In this document: piece by piece, positions 18,240-25,590 of the stretch
Position numbering within the stretch: position 1 is the stretch's first letter
Layout of the letters: every line of letters begins with the position of its first letter
Origin: a virus
Taxonomy: Duplodnaviria; Caudoviricetes
IMG/VR virus record: IMGVR_UViG_3300044709_000122
Span: 1-39,462 of that record
Reading direction: 5' to 3' (one strand)
DNA: 39,462 nt
Program-made: the position numbers and the translations under genes
The notes under the pieces: generated by a model
What the model was told of the DNA's origin: nothing
The model's input: the letters and a program-made list of their open reading frames with translations, nothing else
The model's database searches: none

Positions 18240-18527
18240 GTGTGGGAGGCGATGGCGGCCGACAGTGGCCCCTGGGCTGGGTGGGCGCTCTTTATAGCTT
18301 TGGCCTCATACATCTCGCGGTCGATCATTCGCGGGCGTCTGATTCCCTTGCGATCCCACGAACGGGAGCTGGCAAACAAACAGGCCGAAGTGGACCGGTT
18401 GACGGCGGCACTGGACAAGACCGAAAGCCAGCGGGACCGTCTGCTGGGGCTGGCGGAGGTTACGGTAAGCGTTATGCGCGCGTTGCCGTCGGCTCCGGCG
18501 GCGCAGAACAGGGATCCGGTGCCGTGA
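18240..18527 (+). CDS. lysis-cassette membrane protein (one TM + coiled coil)
   Basis: SD GGAGG; TM segment then GRLIPLRSHE and coiled coil. Confidence 0.65.
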   Translation: MWEAMAADSGPWAGWALFIALASYISRSIIRGRLIPLRSHERELANKQAEVDRLTAALDKTESQRDRLLGLAEVTVSVMRALPSAPAAQNRDPVP

Positions 18528-18721
18528 GGTGGCCGTGGCGGCGCGAACGCGACGAGTCTGCGCGTAAGGCCGCCGAACGCATAGCCGCCGCGCAGGAACG
18601 TGAAGACGCGGCCGACGCGGCTGAGCCACGTGTGTCGCGTGTTGCTCGCCAGCTCGAGCGGCTCCGGAAGGAGAACCAGTTCGGTCCCCGGCTGCTCGCC
18701 GCGTTCAAGGACGATCAGTGA
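18524..18721 (+). CDS. small basic lysis-cassette protein
   Basis: GTGA coupling; MRWPWRR...RKENQFGPRL. Confidence 0.6.
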   Translation: MRWPWRRERDESARKAAERIAAAQEREDAADAAEPRVSRVARQLERLRKENQFGPRLLAAFKDDQ

Positions 18722-19002
18722 GCCACATCCTGCTGGTGCTCGCGTTCGTGGGAGTGACCGGTTTTGTGGTCGTCTTCGGCCTGACCGTGGCGTGGTGGCG
18801 CGATGAGGTTCTGACCAATGCGTTCGTGTTCGCCTCATGTGAGGCGGCGATCCTGGGGCTGTCGCTGGTGGCGATGTTGTTCGGCCGTCCCGCCTGGCAG
18901 CAGCTGCTCGGCTTCGCGGCGTTTGTCGTCTTCACTGTCGTGGCGTGGTGGCGTCTGATCGTGTTGGTGCGCAGCAAGATCGCCGAGTGGCGCCGCCGCT
19001 AG
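18718..19002 (+). CDS. putative holin (three TM)
   Basis: Three hydrophobic segments, basic C-terminus. Confidence 0.65.
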   Translation: MSHILLVLAFVGVTGFVVVFGLTVAWWRDEVLTNAFVFASCEAAILGLSLVAMLFGRPAWQQLLGFAAFVVFTVVAWWRLIVLVRSKIAEWRRR

Positions 19003-19049
19003 CCCGCCGTTCGCCGGGCGGGAATCAACCGAACGATTGAGGAGCCGAT

Positions 19050-19298
19050 ATGTCGATCCCTGTTCCCAGTCCCGAGGAAGCACAGTCCGGTGAACCCGCG
19101 CTGAAGGTCAGCGTCATCACCGCCGCTGTCGGTGCGCTCATCGCCGCCGTCGCAGCGTTCGGGTTCAAACTGACCGCCGAGCAGACAGCGGCGGTGATGA
19201 CGGTGACGACCATCGTCGCGCCGATCGTGTCGGGCTGGTTCACCCGCTCCCGCGTGTACAGCCCGGCGAGCGTCGCGAAGCTGCTGTCGAAGGAGTGA
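19050..19298 (+). CDS. putative holin (two TM)
   Basis: SD GAGGAG; EPAL...AFG.KLTAEQTAAV...TRSRVYSP pattern. Confidence 0.7.
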   Translation: MSIPVPSPEEAQSGEPALKVSVITAAVGALIAAVAAFGFKLTAEQTAAVMTVTTIVAPIVSGWFTRSRVYSPASVAKLLSKE

Positions 19299-19303
19299 GC
19301 CCG

Positions 19304-19447
19304 ATGCTCGCCTTCCTACTGCTGGCGATCGCCTTCCTGTGCTTCGTGCTCGCCGCGTTCGGGGTCTCCGCCGGCCCCGTCAACCTGATCGCGCTCGGGC
19401 TCGCATGCTGGATCCTCATACCGCTGATGGCCGCATGGCCAGGCTAG
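19304..19447 (+). CDS. 47-aa two-TM membrane protein
   Basis: MLAFLLLAIAFLCFVLAAFGVSAGPVNLIALGLACWILIPLMAAWPG; SD AAGGAG; below ORF-track cutoff. Confidence 0.65.
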   Translation: MLAFLLLAIAFLCFVLAAFGVSAGPVNLIALGLACWILIPLMAAWPG

Positions 19448-19469
19448 AACCCACCACCAAGGAGAGATC

Positions 19470-19577
19470 ATGACGGAAGCACCCGAAGACGCTGTGGCCG
19501 ACGAAGCGGTCGAAGCACCCGTTGAAGGCGACCCCGAGGGCGATGCTGCGACTGAAGGCGAACCCGCCGCCGAGTAA
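19470..19577 (+). CDS. 35-aa highly acidic peptide
   Basis: SD AAGGAG; MTEAPEDAVADEAVEAPVEGDPEGDAATEGEPAAE. Confidence 0.55.
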   Translation: MTEAPEDAVADEAVEAPVEGDPEGDAATEGEPAAE

Positions 19578-19650
19578 CCTGAGGATCGACTACCCGGCCC
19601 GAGCCTCGCCGGTCCTCCCCGCTCCAGCCCTATACCGACTCACCAACACA

Positions 19651-19686
19651 AAAGGCCCGCTCCCTGATGGGGGGCGGGCCTTTCTT
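19651..19686. terminator. bidirectional intrinsic terminator ending the late operon
   Basis: AAAGGCCCGCTCCC...GGGGGCGGGCCTTTCTT. Confidence 0.8.
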
Positions 19687-19693
19687 CGTGCAT

Positions 19694-19736
19694 GAAAAAG
19701 GGCCAGACGCCCCGCTAGAGCGTCTGGCCCTTTCTG
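19694..19736. terminator. second bidirectional terminator (for the leftward operon)
   Basis: AAAGGGCCAGACGC-9nt-GCGTCTGGCCCTTT, A-run upstream. Confidence 0.8.
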
Positions 19737-19779
19737 TTGTACCTGAGCGGCTAGCGGGACCGCTAGGTCCACTAGACGC

Positions 19780-20421
19780 TTACGCGCTCGTCATCTGGTC
19801 GGCTGTCGGGCCAGCCGGACTCACCTGTGCCGACATCATCGCGAAGTCGGATTCCAGTTGGTTGAGCTCTCGTGCCTTGCGGCGAGCCTCCCGCTCGTTC
19901 CATTTCCGGGTCCACTGTGCGCGCCCGGCGCTGTCCATCTCGTCGTAGCGGGCGCGTCGGCGTGCATCTGCGAGCCGCACCGCGTCGGTCTTCGTGCGCC
20001 TCGAGGACGCCGCCGCTGGGGTGGTTTCGCCTTCTTGCGCCCGGACCTCGTCCAGGAGCTTGGTGGCATACCACTCAGCACCGATGAAGCAGCCGACTGT
20101 CAGAACGCCCCACAGCTGATAGCCGAGGTTGTCGCCAGCGTAGACGTTGCACACCAGCGACAGCGCGCCTGCGACGGACATGATGAGCAGTCCTGCGCGG
20201 CGTGTTCCGGGCTTGAATCGGGGGAGTCGACCAACCTTGCCCAGCAGGGCGAAGCCGTCGATGAACACAGGGGTGATCCAGCGCTGCCAGTCCTGGAGAC
20301 CGATGGAGTCGGCTGTCTTCACGATGTGCGTGTAGCTGACTCCGGCAGCTGTCGCCATGAATGCGTAGGCGACGATGGCCGCGATCAACGCGGGCCAGAC
20401 GATTTTGCGAGTGTCTTTCAT
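19780..20421 (-). CDS. SpdA/DUF2637-like multi-TM membrane protein
   Basis: VSYTHI...A...G...WQ.W..P..IDG...SL..N motif pattern; SD AAGGAGG before the ATG at 20421. Confidence 0.72.
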   Translation of the reverse strand: MKDTRKIVWPALIAAIVAYAFMATAAGVSYTHIVKTADSIGLQDWQRWITPVFIDGFALLGKVGRLPRFKPGTRRAGLLIMSVAGALSLVCNVYAGDNLGYQLWGVLTVGCFIGAEWYATKLLDEVRAQEGETTPAAASSRRTKTDAVRLADARRRARYDEMDSAGRAQWTRKWNEREARRKARELNQLESDFAMMSAQVSPAGPTADQMTSA

Positions 20422-20624
20422 GGGGTCCTCCTTGGGACTCCTGGACGCCGCCAGTCGGCGCCCCGCGTCGTGACTGGCGGCTGGCGCGGAGCGGTGCTCG
20501 ACGCGCGGGTTCAGGGAGTCCGGGGCCAATGCCCACCGGATTCAGGGTGTGGACCGAATACCTGAACGTGGGCCTGCGGGCTTTGCACCCGGTCGGCGGC
20601 GTGGATACCGCTGGCCCGTTCGTG

Positions 20625-20882
20625 TTAGTCGCCCACGCGACGTTGCGCTTCGCGGTAGACGGCATCGTTGGCCCGCGTAGCGCTTTCTTCGCCGAACACG
20701 TCTGCGACAAGGTCGGCGACAATCCCAGCGAGGGCGTCCCGTTTGACGCGGGCACGATGCACAGCCTCGGCGTATTCGGCTGTCGGCACCTGCTCGTTCG
20801 CGACCGCGTCCCGGTACTCCTGGACGCTTTGGACGTATATCTCGGCGTATGACTTCATCTTGGCTTCGATGATCTGGTCCAT
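20625..20882 (-). CDS. hypothetical helical protein
   Basis: 85 aa, strong SD AAAGGAGG. Confidence 0.7.
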   Translation of the reverse strand: MDQIIEAKMKSYAEIYVQSVQEYRDAVANEQVPTAEYAEAVHRARVKRDALAGIVADLVADVFGEESATRANDAVYREAQRRVGD

Positions 20883-20897
20883 GTGGACCTCCTTTCG

Positions 20898-20963
20898 TGG
20901 CCCGCCCGGGATTCGAACCCGGCCTCCGATGCTGCTGTTGCACTTCCAGCGTGCTCACGGGCC
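20898..20963 (-). ncRNA. tRNA-like element lacking an anticodon arm
   Basis: 7-bp acceptor GGCCCGU/GCGGGCC, D arm GCAC-GCUGGAA-GUGC, T arm CCGGG-UUCGAAU-CCCGG, 17-nt unpaired linker. Confidence 0.7.
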
Positions 20964-21191
20964 TAGATGCCGGGATGACGCTCCCGGCGGGCGGCGCCGC
21001 ACTTCGGTGGCTGCTCCCTATCCAGCTATGGCGGAAACCCTCTCGGCAGGTTCGGCGCCGATTTCCTAGCCCTCGTCACGTGATGGGCGATCGCGCTCGA
21101 TTACGGCTCGAAGCGGCTAGAGCCGACCACGTCTCGATGTGGCCACCGGCTCGGTTTAACGTCGCGTGCTGGACGTGATGCTCTAATTCCC

Positions 21192-21219
21192 ATGGTAGCA
21201 CTGTTTACGCAGTGCGCAA
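21192..21219 (-). promoter_or_regulatory. leftward promoter with embedded palindromic operator
   Basis: TTGCGC-16-TACCAT with TG extension; GCACTG-N6-CAGTGC palindrome at 21198-21215. Confidence 0.65.
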
Positions 21220-21579
21220 GGCCTCTGGGTCACAGCCTCGGCGAGCCGTCTGCCTGGGGAAAAGCACCCTCTACTAATAGCGGGAGGGAGGTCAAACGTG
21301 AGGGCGCTGGTCAGCGCGGCTATGCGATCTTGGCCTGCTGTCCGGTTCGGCCGGGTTTGTTGGCCGAGGCCACGCCGGGTCACATGGAAGATCGTCGACG
21401 GAAAGGCACGGTTTGCGGCTTCGCCCGTTACCGGCCGTGGATCATCGTCAAGAATTGTCCGAAGGGCTGACTGTTAAAACAGTACAGAACGGGCCGAGTG
21501 AAAGAACCCGACACAATGAACGGACAAATGGACAGATCCAGATCCCTAAGTACACCAGGTCAACCCACGTTGCCCAGCG

Positions 21580-21879
21580 TCACAACTCCCCAGCCAACCG
21601 GCGCCGATGCCGCGAAACAGCATCCGTCACAGCCGACCGCGACTTGTAACCCAGCTTAGCCGCCAACTCCCGATCAGAGAGCCCCGATTTGGCGAGCGCC
21701 TGCACGATCCCCTCGTCGCCTGCCGCCTTCAGTGTGGCCACCGTCGGGCCTTTCAGGTCCGAGAGGTGCCGGGCCAGTTCGACGCGCCGGATGCCGTGCG
21801 CCCAGGCCAGTTCGCGCATGAGCGCGATCAGGTCCTTGAGCGGGATGGCCCTGGCTACTTTCGGGTCGCGTGTCGCCAT
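21580..21879 (-). CDS. small HTH transcriptional regulator
   Basis: GLSDRELAAKLGYKSRSAVTDAVSRHR HTH; leaderless start after TTTACT-18-TACACT. Confidence 0.75.
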   Translation of the reverse strand: MATRDPKVARAIPLKDLIALMRELAWAHGIRRVELARHLSDLKGPTVATLKAAGDEGIVQALAKSGLSDRELAAKLGYKSRSAVTDAVSRHRRRLAGEL

Positions 21880-22075
21880 GGCGTCAGTGTACTGCTATCA
21901 CAGCGCGGGAGTAAAGATGCGGCTCCTGGCGCCCCGGCCCGAGCTTCCTGGTTGTGAACCGGCGGAAGAAACACTCCGGCCGGGGGCAGAACCTATTATG
22001 CGCATCATGCGCATGGTCGCAACAGTGCACGGTGTGATCGACTTGGGTTATCCAGTCCGAGGAGATCGCCTGCTC

Positions 22076-22291
22076 ATGCCCAGACCGCTGACCTACGTCG
22101 AGATCGCCGACGAGCTGGAGGCGCGCATCCACAAGGGCGTCTACAGGCCGGGTGAGAAGTTGCCGACGCAGCGGGAGTTGGCGGTGGCGTTCGGTGTCAG
22201 CGAGCAGACAATTTCGAAGGCGACTGCGCTGGTCAAGGACCGGGGTTTGGTGTATTCGGCGCCGCCGCGGGGTGTGTTCGTCAACGAGTAG
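22076..22291 (+). CDS. GntR-family winged-HTH regulator (DNA-binding domain only)
   Basis: YVEIADEL..RI..G.YRPGEKLPTQRELAVAFGVSEQTISKA..L....GLV....RGVFV; SD GAGGAG. Confidence 0.9.
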   Translation: MPRPLTYVEIADELEARIHKGVYRPGEKLPTQRELAVAFGVSEQTISKATALVKDRGLVYSAPPRGVFVNE

Positions 22292-22502
22292 CTGTAGGAA
22301 CGGCGACGCCTTATCGGCGAACACCCGCCTACCGTTACACATTCGCACGTGATTCGATACATTCGGTCACTTTTGCTTGGCGGGGGTTGCCCGGATCTAT
22401 CGGCGTGGATCAGGCTGGGGCGTCTCGGGGAACGCGGGTGCGCAGCATCCCCCGCCCTTTGTCTCCTTCGCCGCCACGGCGCCCACCCCACGGGAGTCCC
22501 CC

Positions 22503-22781
22503 ATGCTTAGAGCTCTGCTGTTCATTCCCGCGCACGATCCGGATGACCGCAAATGGATGGTGGCCCTCTGGGGCTACTGCATGCGCCGCGGATTGCGGCC
22601 AGCCGCCGTCGTACACCAATGGTGCGACGTGCTCAAGATGATGGCCGACGGTGCCGCGCACAAGGTTGTGGTCGCCCGGCTGGATCAGGTGAGTTGGCTC
22701 GACGTGGTCAGCGAGGAGCGGGAGCAACCCCCGAGCGCGAGGCAGCGACGGCCACGTCTGACAGGCGAGGCAGAAGGCTGA
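22503..22781 (+). CDS. hypothetical protein convergent with and overlapping the recombinase 3' end
   Basis: SD GGGAG; 92 aa; alpha/beta pattern. Confidence 0.55.
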   Translation: MLRALLFIPAHDPDDRKWMVALWGYCMRRGLRPAAVVHQWCDVLKMMADGAAHKVVVARLDQVSWLDVVSEEREQPPSARQRRPRLTGEAEG

Positions 22782-23541
22782 CCGCAGCCTCCATGTCCAC
22801 GGCGGCGACCTGCGCGTAGCCGGCGGTGGTGGCCGGGTTTTCGTGGCCGAGCAGCTGCTGGGTGACCAGGATGTCGCGGTGTTTGCGCTGCACCTGGGTT
22901 CCGAACCAGTGGCGGCACCGGTGAAGGCCGACCTTGGGCATGCCGAGTCTGCGGGCGAAGTGTAGCCAGGAGCGTTGGGATACCCATTCGGCGTCGTGGT
23001 CGGTGATGCGGCCTGCAGGTAGGGCGGCGACGGCCGCCCATACTTCTTCGTGGGTGGGGACGATGCGCGGCTTGCGGCCTTTGCCGCAGCGCACGATGAT
23101 CCGGTCGGTGATGTCGGCCCGGTCGAGTTGTGCGATTTCCATGCACCGCAGCCCGGCGAAGCTGGCGAGGATGACGAAGGTGCGGAATGGTTCGGCGGCT
23201 TCGGTGACGAGGCGGTGTAGTTCGTGGTCGCTGACGGGGTTGGGTAGCCGTTTGGGGACTTTGGGGCGGGTGATCAGTTCCATCGGGTTGAAGTCGATGA
23301 TGCCTTCGTCGTGTGCCCAGGTGAAGAAGCCGTTCATGGCGCCGTAGTAGGTTTCGCGGCTGCCGAGGCTGAGTCCTTCGCGCCATAGCCATGTGTCGAG
23401 TTCGTCGGCGTTGGACAGTAGGCCGCCGGGTAGGTCTCGGTTGAGGACGGTGAGGGTTCGGCGGCGGTCGTCGATGGTGTTTTCGGAGCTGGATTGGCTT
23501 CGCAGGTGGGCGAGGTACCGCTCGATGAGTCGCGTCAACAT
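22708..23541 (-). CDS. tyrosine recombinase/integrase (compact, XerC/D-like)
   Basis: SAM-like N-domain; catalytic AGLR..E, GKGRK, HRCRH, LLGH, TTAGY. Confidence 0.93.
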   Translation of the reverse strand: MLTRLIERYLAHLRSQSSSENTIDDRRRTLTVLNRDLPGGLLSNADELDTWLWREGLSLGSRETYYGAMNGFFTWAHDEGIIDFNPMELITRPKVPKRLPNPVSDHELHRLVTEAAEPFRTFVILASFAGLRCMEIAQLDRADITDRIIVRCGKGRKPRIVPTHEEVWAAVAALPAGRITDHDAEWVSQRSWLHFARRLGMPKVGLHRCRHWFGTQVQRKHRDILVTQQLLGHENPATTAGYAQVAAVDMEAAVSLLPRLSDVAVAASRSGVAPAPR

Positions 23542-23595
23542 ACTGTTACATCCTGCTCACGCGCTGTGTCTTGGCATCCGTCGATGGGTTGGTGT

Positions 23596-23988
23596 TTAGG
23601 CTGCTGCAGAAACAATCAGCTCTGGTCGGCGGATACGCGAGTTGGGGGTTTGCCGTCCGCGTGGGCCGAACGTACGAGGCTTTCTGGGTAGGGCAACCTT
23701 GGGAACCGTAGTTTGCACTCGGGGTGCCCCGATGTGAGTTACGACGCGTCCCTCGCGGTCAGGGATCAGGTCAAGGACGTCCACGCCCAGCGCGTCGGCG
23801 AACCGCTGTAGATCGTCGAGGTTGATGGCCTGCGCGCCCGTCAGCCGGAAGTTGACCCAGGAGTACGACGCGCCCATGCGCCGTGCGAGCTCGCGTCCTG
23901 ACAGTCGCCGAAGGCCGAGGAGTGCCCGGATCTGTCCGGCGACCTGGTCGGTCAGCCGCGCCTTCGTCTCCGATGCGGTGGTTGTCAT
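23596..23988 (-). CDS. immunity repressor (XRE HTH) with extended C-terminal tail ending VSAAA
   Basis: LSGRELARRMGASYSWVNFRLTG...LDDLQRFADALGV; divergent from Cro; upstream of integrase. Confidence 0.88.
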   Translation of the reverse strand: MTTTASETKARLTDQVAGQIRALLGLRRLSGRELARRMGASYSWVNFRLTGAQAINLDDLQRFADALGVDVLDLIPDREGRVVTHIGAPRVQTTVPKVALPRKPRTFGPRGRQTPNSRIRRPELIVSAAA

Positions 23989-24087
23989 GGCGCAACGATG
24001 ACACCAGGACGATATCAAGTCAACACCCTGTGAGGAAACAATCCGTAGGCCTTGACAGTGACTCATGTCGTGAGACACCATCTCGAC
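23989..24087. promoter_or_regulatory. divergent lysis/lysogeny switch promoters and operator
   Basis: Left TTGACT(24023-24018)-17-CATCGT; right TTGACA(24052-24057)-18-CACCAT; imperfect palindrome GTGACTCAT-GTC-GTGAGACAC (24058-24078). Confidence 0.75.
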
Positions 24088-24321
24088 ATGCGAAGTGTTG
24101 ACCCCGAGCGCCAGCGGATAGCTGCCGAGGTGCGCGCCGAAATGGCACGCCAACAGAAGACGCAGCGCGAGGTGGGCGAGATCCTCGACCTTCCGCAGGC
24201 CTCGATCTATCTGCGATTGCAGGCCAAGCGCGCCTTCCGCGCCGAGGAACTGGCGAAGCTCGCCGAGGCCTTCGGGGTTCCGATCTCCCGCTTCTTTCCC
24301 GATGCGGTGAGTGCGGCATGA
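24088..24321 (+). CDS. Cro-like XRE regulator
   Basis: IAAEVRAEMARQQKTQREVGEILDLPQASIYLRL...EELAKLAEAFGVP. Confidence 0.88.
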   Translation: MRSVDPERQRIAAEVRAEMARQQKTQREVGEILDLPQASIYLRLQAKRAFRAEELAKLAEAFGVPISRFFPDAVSAA

Positions 24322-24518
24322 GCGTCTTCGACATCCGCGCCTCCGACAAAGGTCCCGGCCGTGCCCGCCCACCCCGCACCAAAGGCGGCGGACGCGGCAG
24401 CTCCGGCGGCGGCGGAGGCGGGTCGCAAAGCAGCGGCTGCTTCCTGTGGTCGTTCGCGCCGCCGCTCGTACTCCTCGTCATCTTCGGCGGACTCCTCGCC
24501 AACATCCACGCCCCATAA
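24318..24518 (+). CDS. small Gly-rich membrane protein
   Basis: ATGA coupling to Cro; C-terminal TM. Confidence 0.55.
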   Translation: MSVFDIRASDKGPGRARPPRTKGGGRGSSGGGGGGSQSSGCFLWSFAPPLVLLVIFGGLLANIHAP

Positions 24519-24852
24519 CCAGCTCCGGGCGCGTCCGCGAAGCCTGTTCCGGGCGCGTCCGAGAACACCTCCTCCCACCGGTTTCTGAGGGGTGGCCGGT
24601 GGGAGGAGCCACAACCTTCACAACAGCGCGACCCGCCACTGGGAACCGGGACCGCGCAGGGCCGGACTCCCCCGGTTCGGCCCAGCCCCGCGAGCTGACC
24701 CCGCCCGGCGCTCGCGGGGCACCAAAAGCAACCGGGGTAGCGCCCACAAACGAATCACACGTTTTCCACCGCTACCCCGGGTTCCAAACCAGGACAGCAA
24801 GAGGCCCCGGCTGGAACCGGGGCCGAGGCCAACGAAGAGAAGAGGTTCAACG

Positions 24853-25590
24853 ATGGCCACCACAAAGCCTAGAACACTAGACCTGAACGAGCTGCGCCTT
24901 GGCCACGGCGCCCACGGAAACCCCGGCGACCGCCCACCCGTCGACGAGGAGTCCTGCCTCTTGGAGGCGTGCGCCTGGATGGCCGGCGAACCATGGTCCG
25001 ACCACCCCAAATGTGTTTCGGCAGTGCTGGGCACCATGGGCCGATCCCTCAACGACCTGTTGCCCTCCGGCAAACGGCAACTTCTCGTGCCGCTCATTCC
25101 GGGGATGCTGGACACCACCGAGGATGGCCTGGACGAGGCCCGCTCATACCTCGCGCTCGATTGGCTGATCCGCACCCACACCCCGGCATGGCTGGACTTG
25201 GCGGGGCTGACCGCCGAGGCGCAAACGTTGCGCGATCTGCGCCGCATCGTCGACTTGGTGTCAGCTCAGGCAGCCGGGCCGGTGGTGCGGGAGGCGCAGA
25301 CCAAGGCGGCCGCCGCTGGGGCCGCCGCTTGGGCCGACGCTCGGGCCGCCGCTTGGGCCGCCGCTCGGGACGACGCTCGGGACGCCGCTCGGGCCGCCGC
25401 TCGGGCCGCCGCTCGGGCCGCCGCTCGGGACGCCGCTTGGGCCGCCGCTCGGGCCGCCGCTCGGGCCGCCGCTTGGGCCGCCGCTTGGGACTCCCTCAAA
25501 CCCACCATCGACCAGCTCCAAGACTCGGCCATCCAACTCTTCACGCAGATGGTTCAAATCCAACCGGCCGATGAGGAGGCGCCGCTATGA
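24853..25590 (+). CDS. hypothetical protein with Ala-rich AAW/AAR repeats
   Basis: CLLEA..WMAGEPWSDHP.CVS domain followed by repeats; SD AGAGG. Confidence 0.75.
   Translation: MATTKPRTLDLNELRLGHGAHGNPGDRPPVDEESCLLEACAWMAGEPWSDHPKCVSAVLGTMGRSLNDLLPSGKRQLLVPLIPGMLDTTEDGLDEARSYLALDWLIRTHTPAWLDLAGLTAEAQTLRDLRRIVDLVSAQAAGPVVREAQTKAAAAGAAAWADARAAAWAAARDDARDAARAAARAAARAAARDAAWAAARAAARAAAWAAAWDSLKPTIDQLQDSAIQLFTQMVQIQPADEEAPL
25309..25488 (+). repeat. 12-bp degenerate tandem repeat (GCCGCCGCT[C/T]GG) ~15 units
   Basis: Encodes AAAR/AAAW/DAAR units. Confidence 0.9.

Noticed and set aside
20898-20963. Functional tRNA gene
   Set aside because: No anticodon stem-loop can be formed and there is no CCA; reported as a tRNA-like element instead.
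21192-21470. 92-aa plus-strand ORF in the regulatory gap
   Set aside because: No SD, starts inside the leftward promoter, atypical composition; region better explained as regulatory DNA.
21996-22321. dif-like sites (TTATGCGCATC at 21996; TTATCGGCGAA at 22311)
   Set aside because: Each resembles only one Xer arm; no partner arm at 6-bp spacing.
25309-25488. CRISPR array
   Set aside because: Contiguous 12-bp coding repeats without spacers; no cas operon (the exonuclease at 28280 is paired with ERF).
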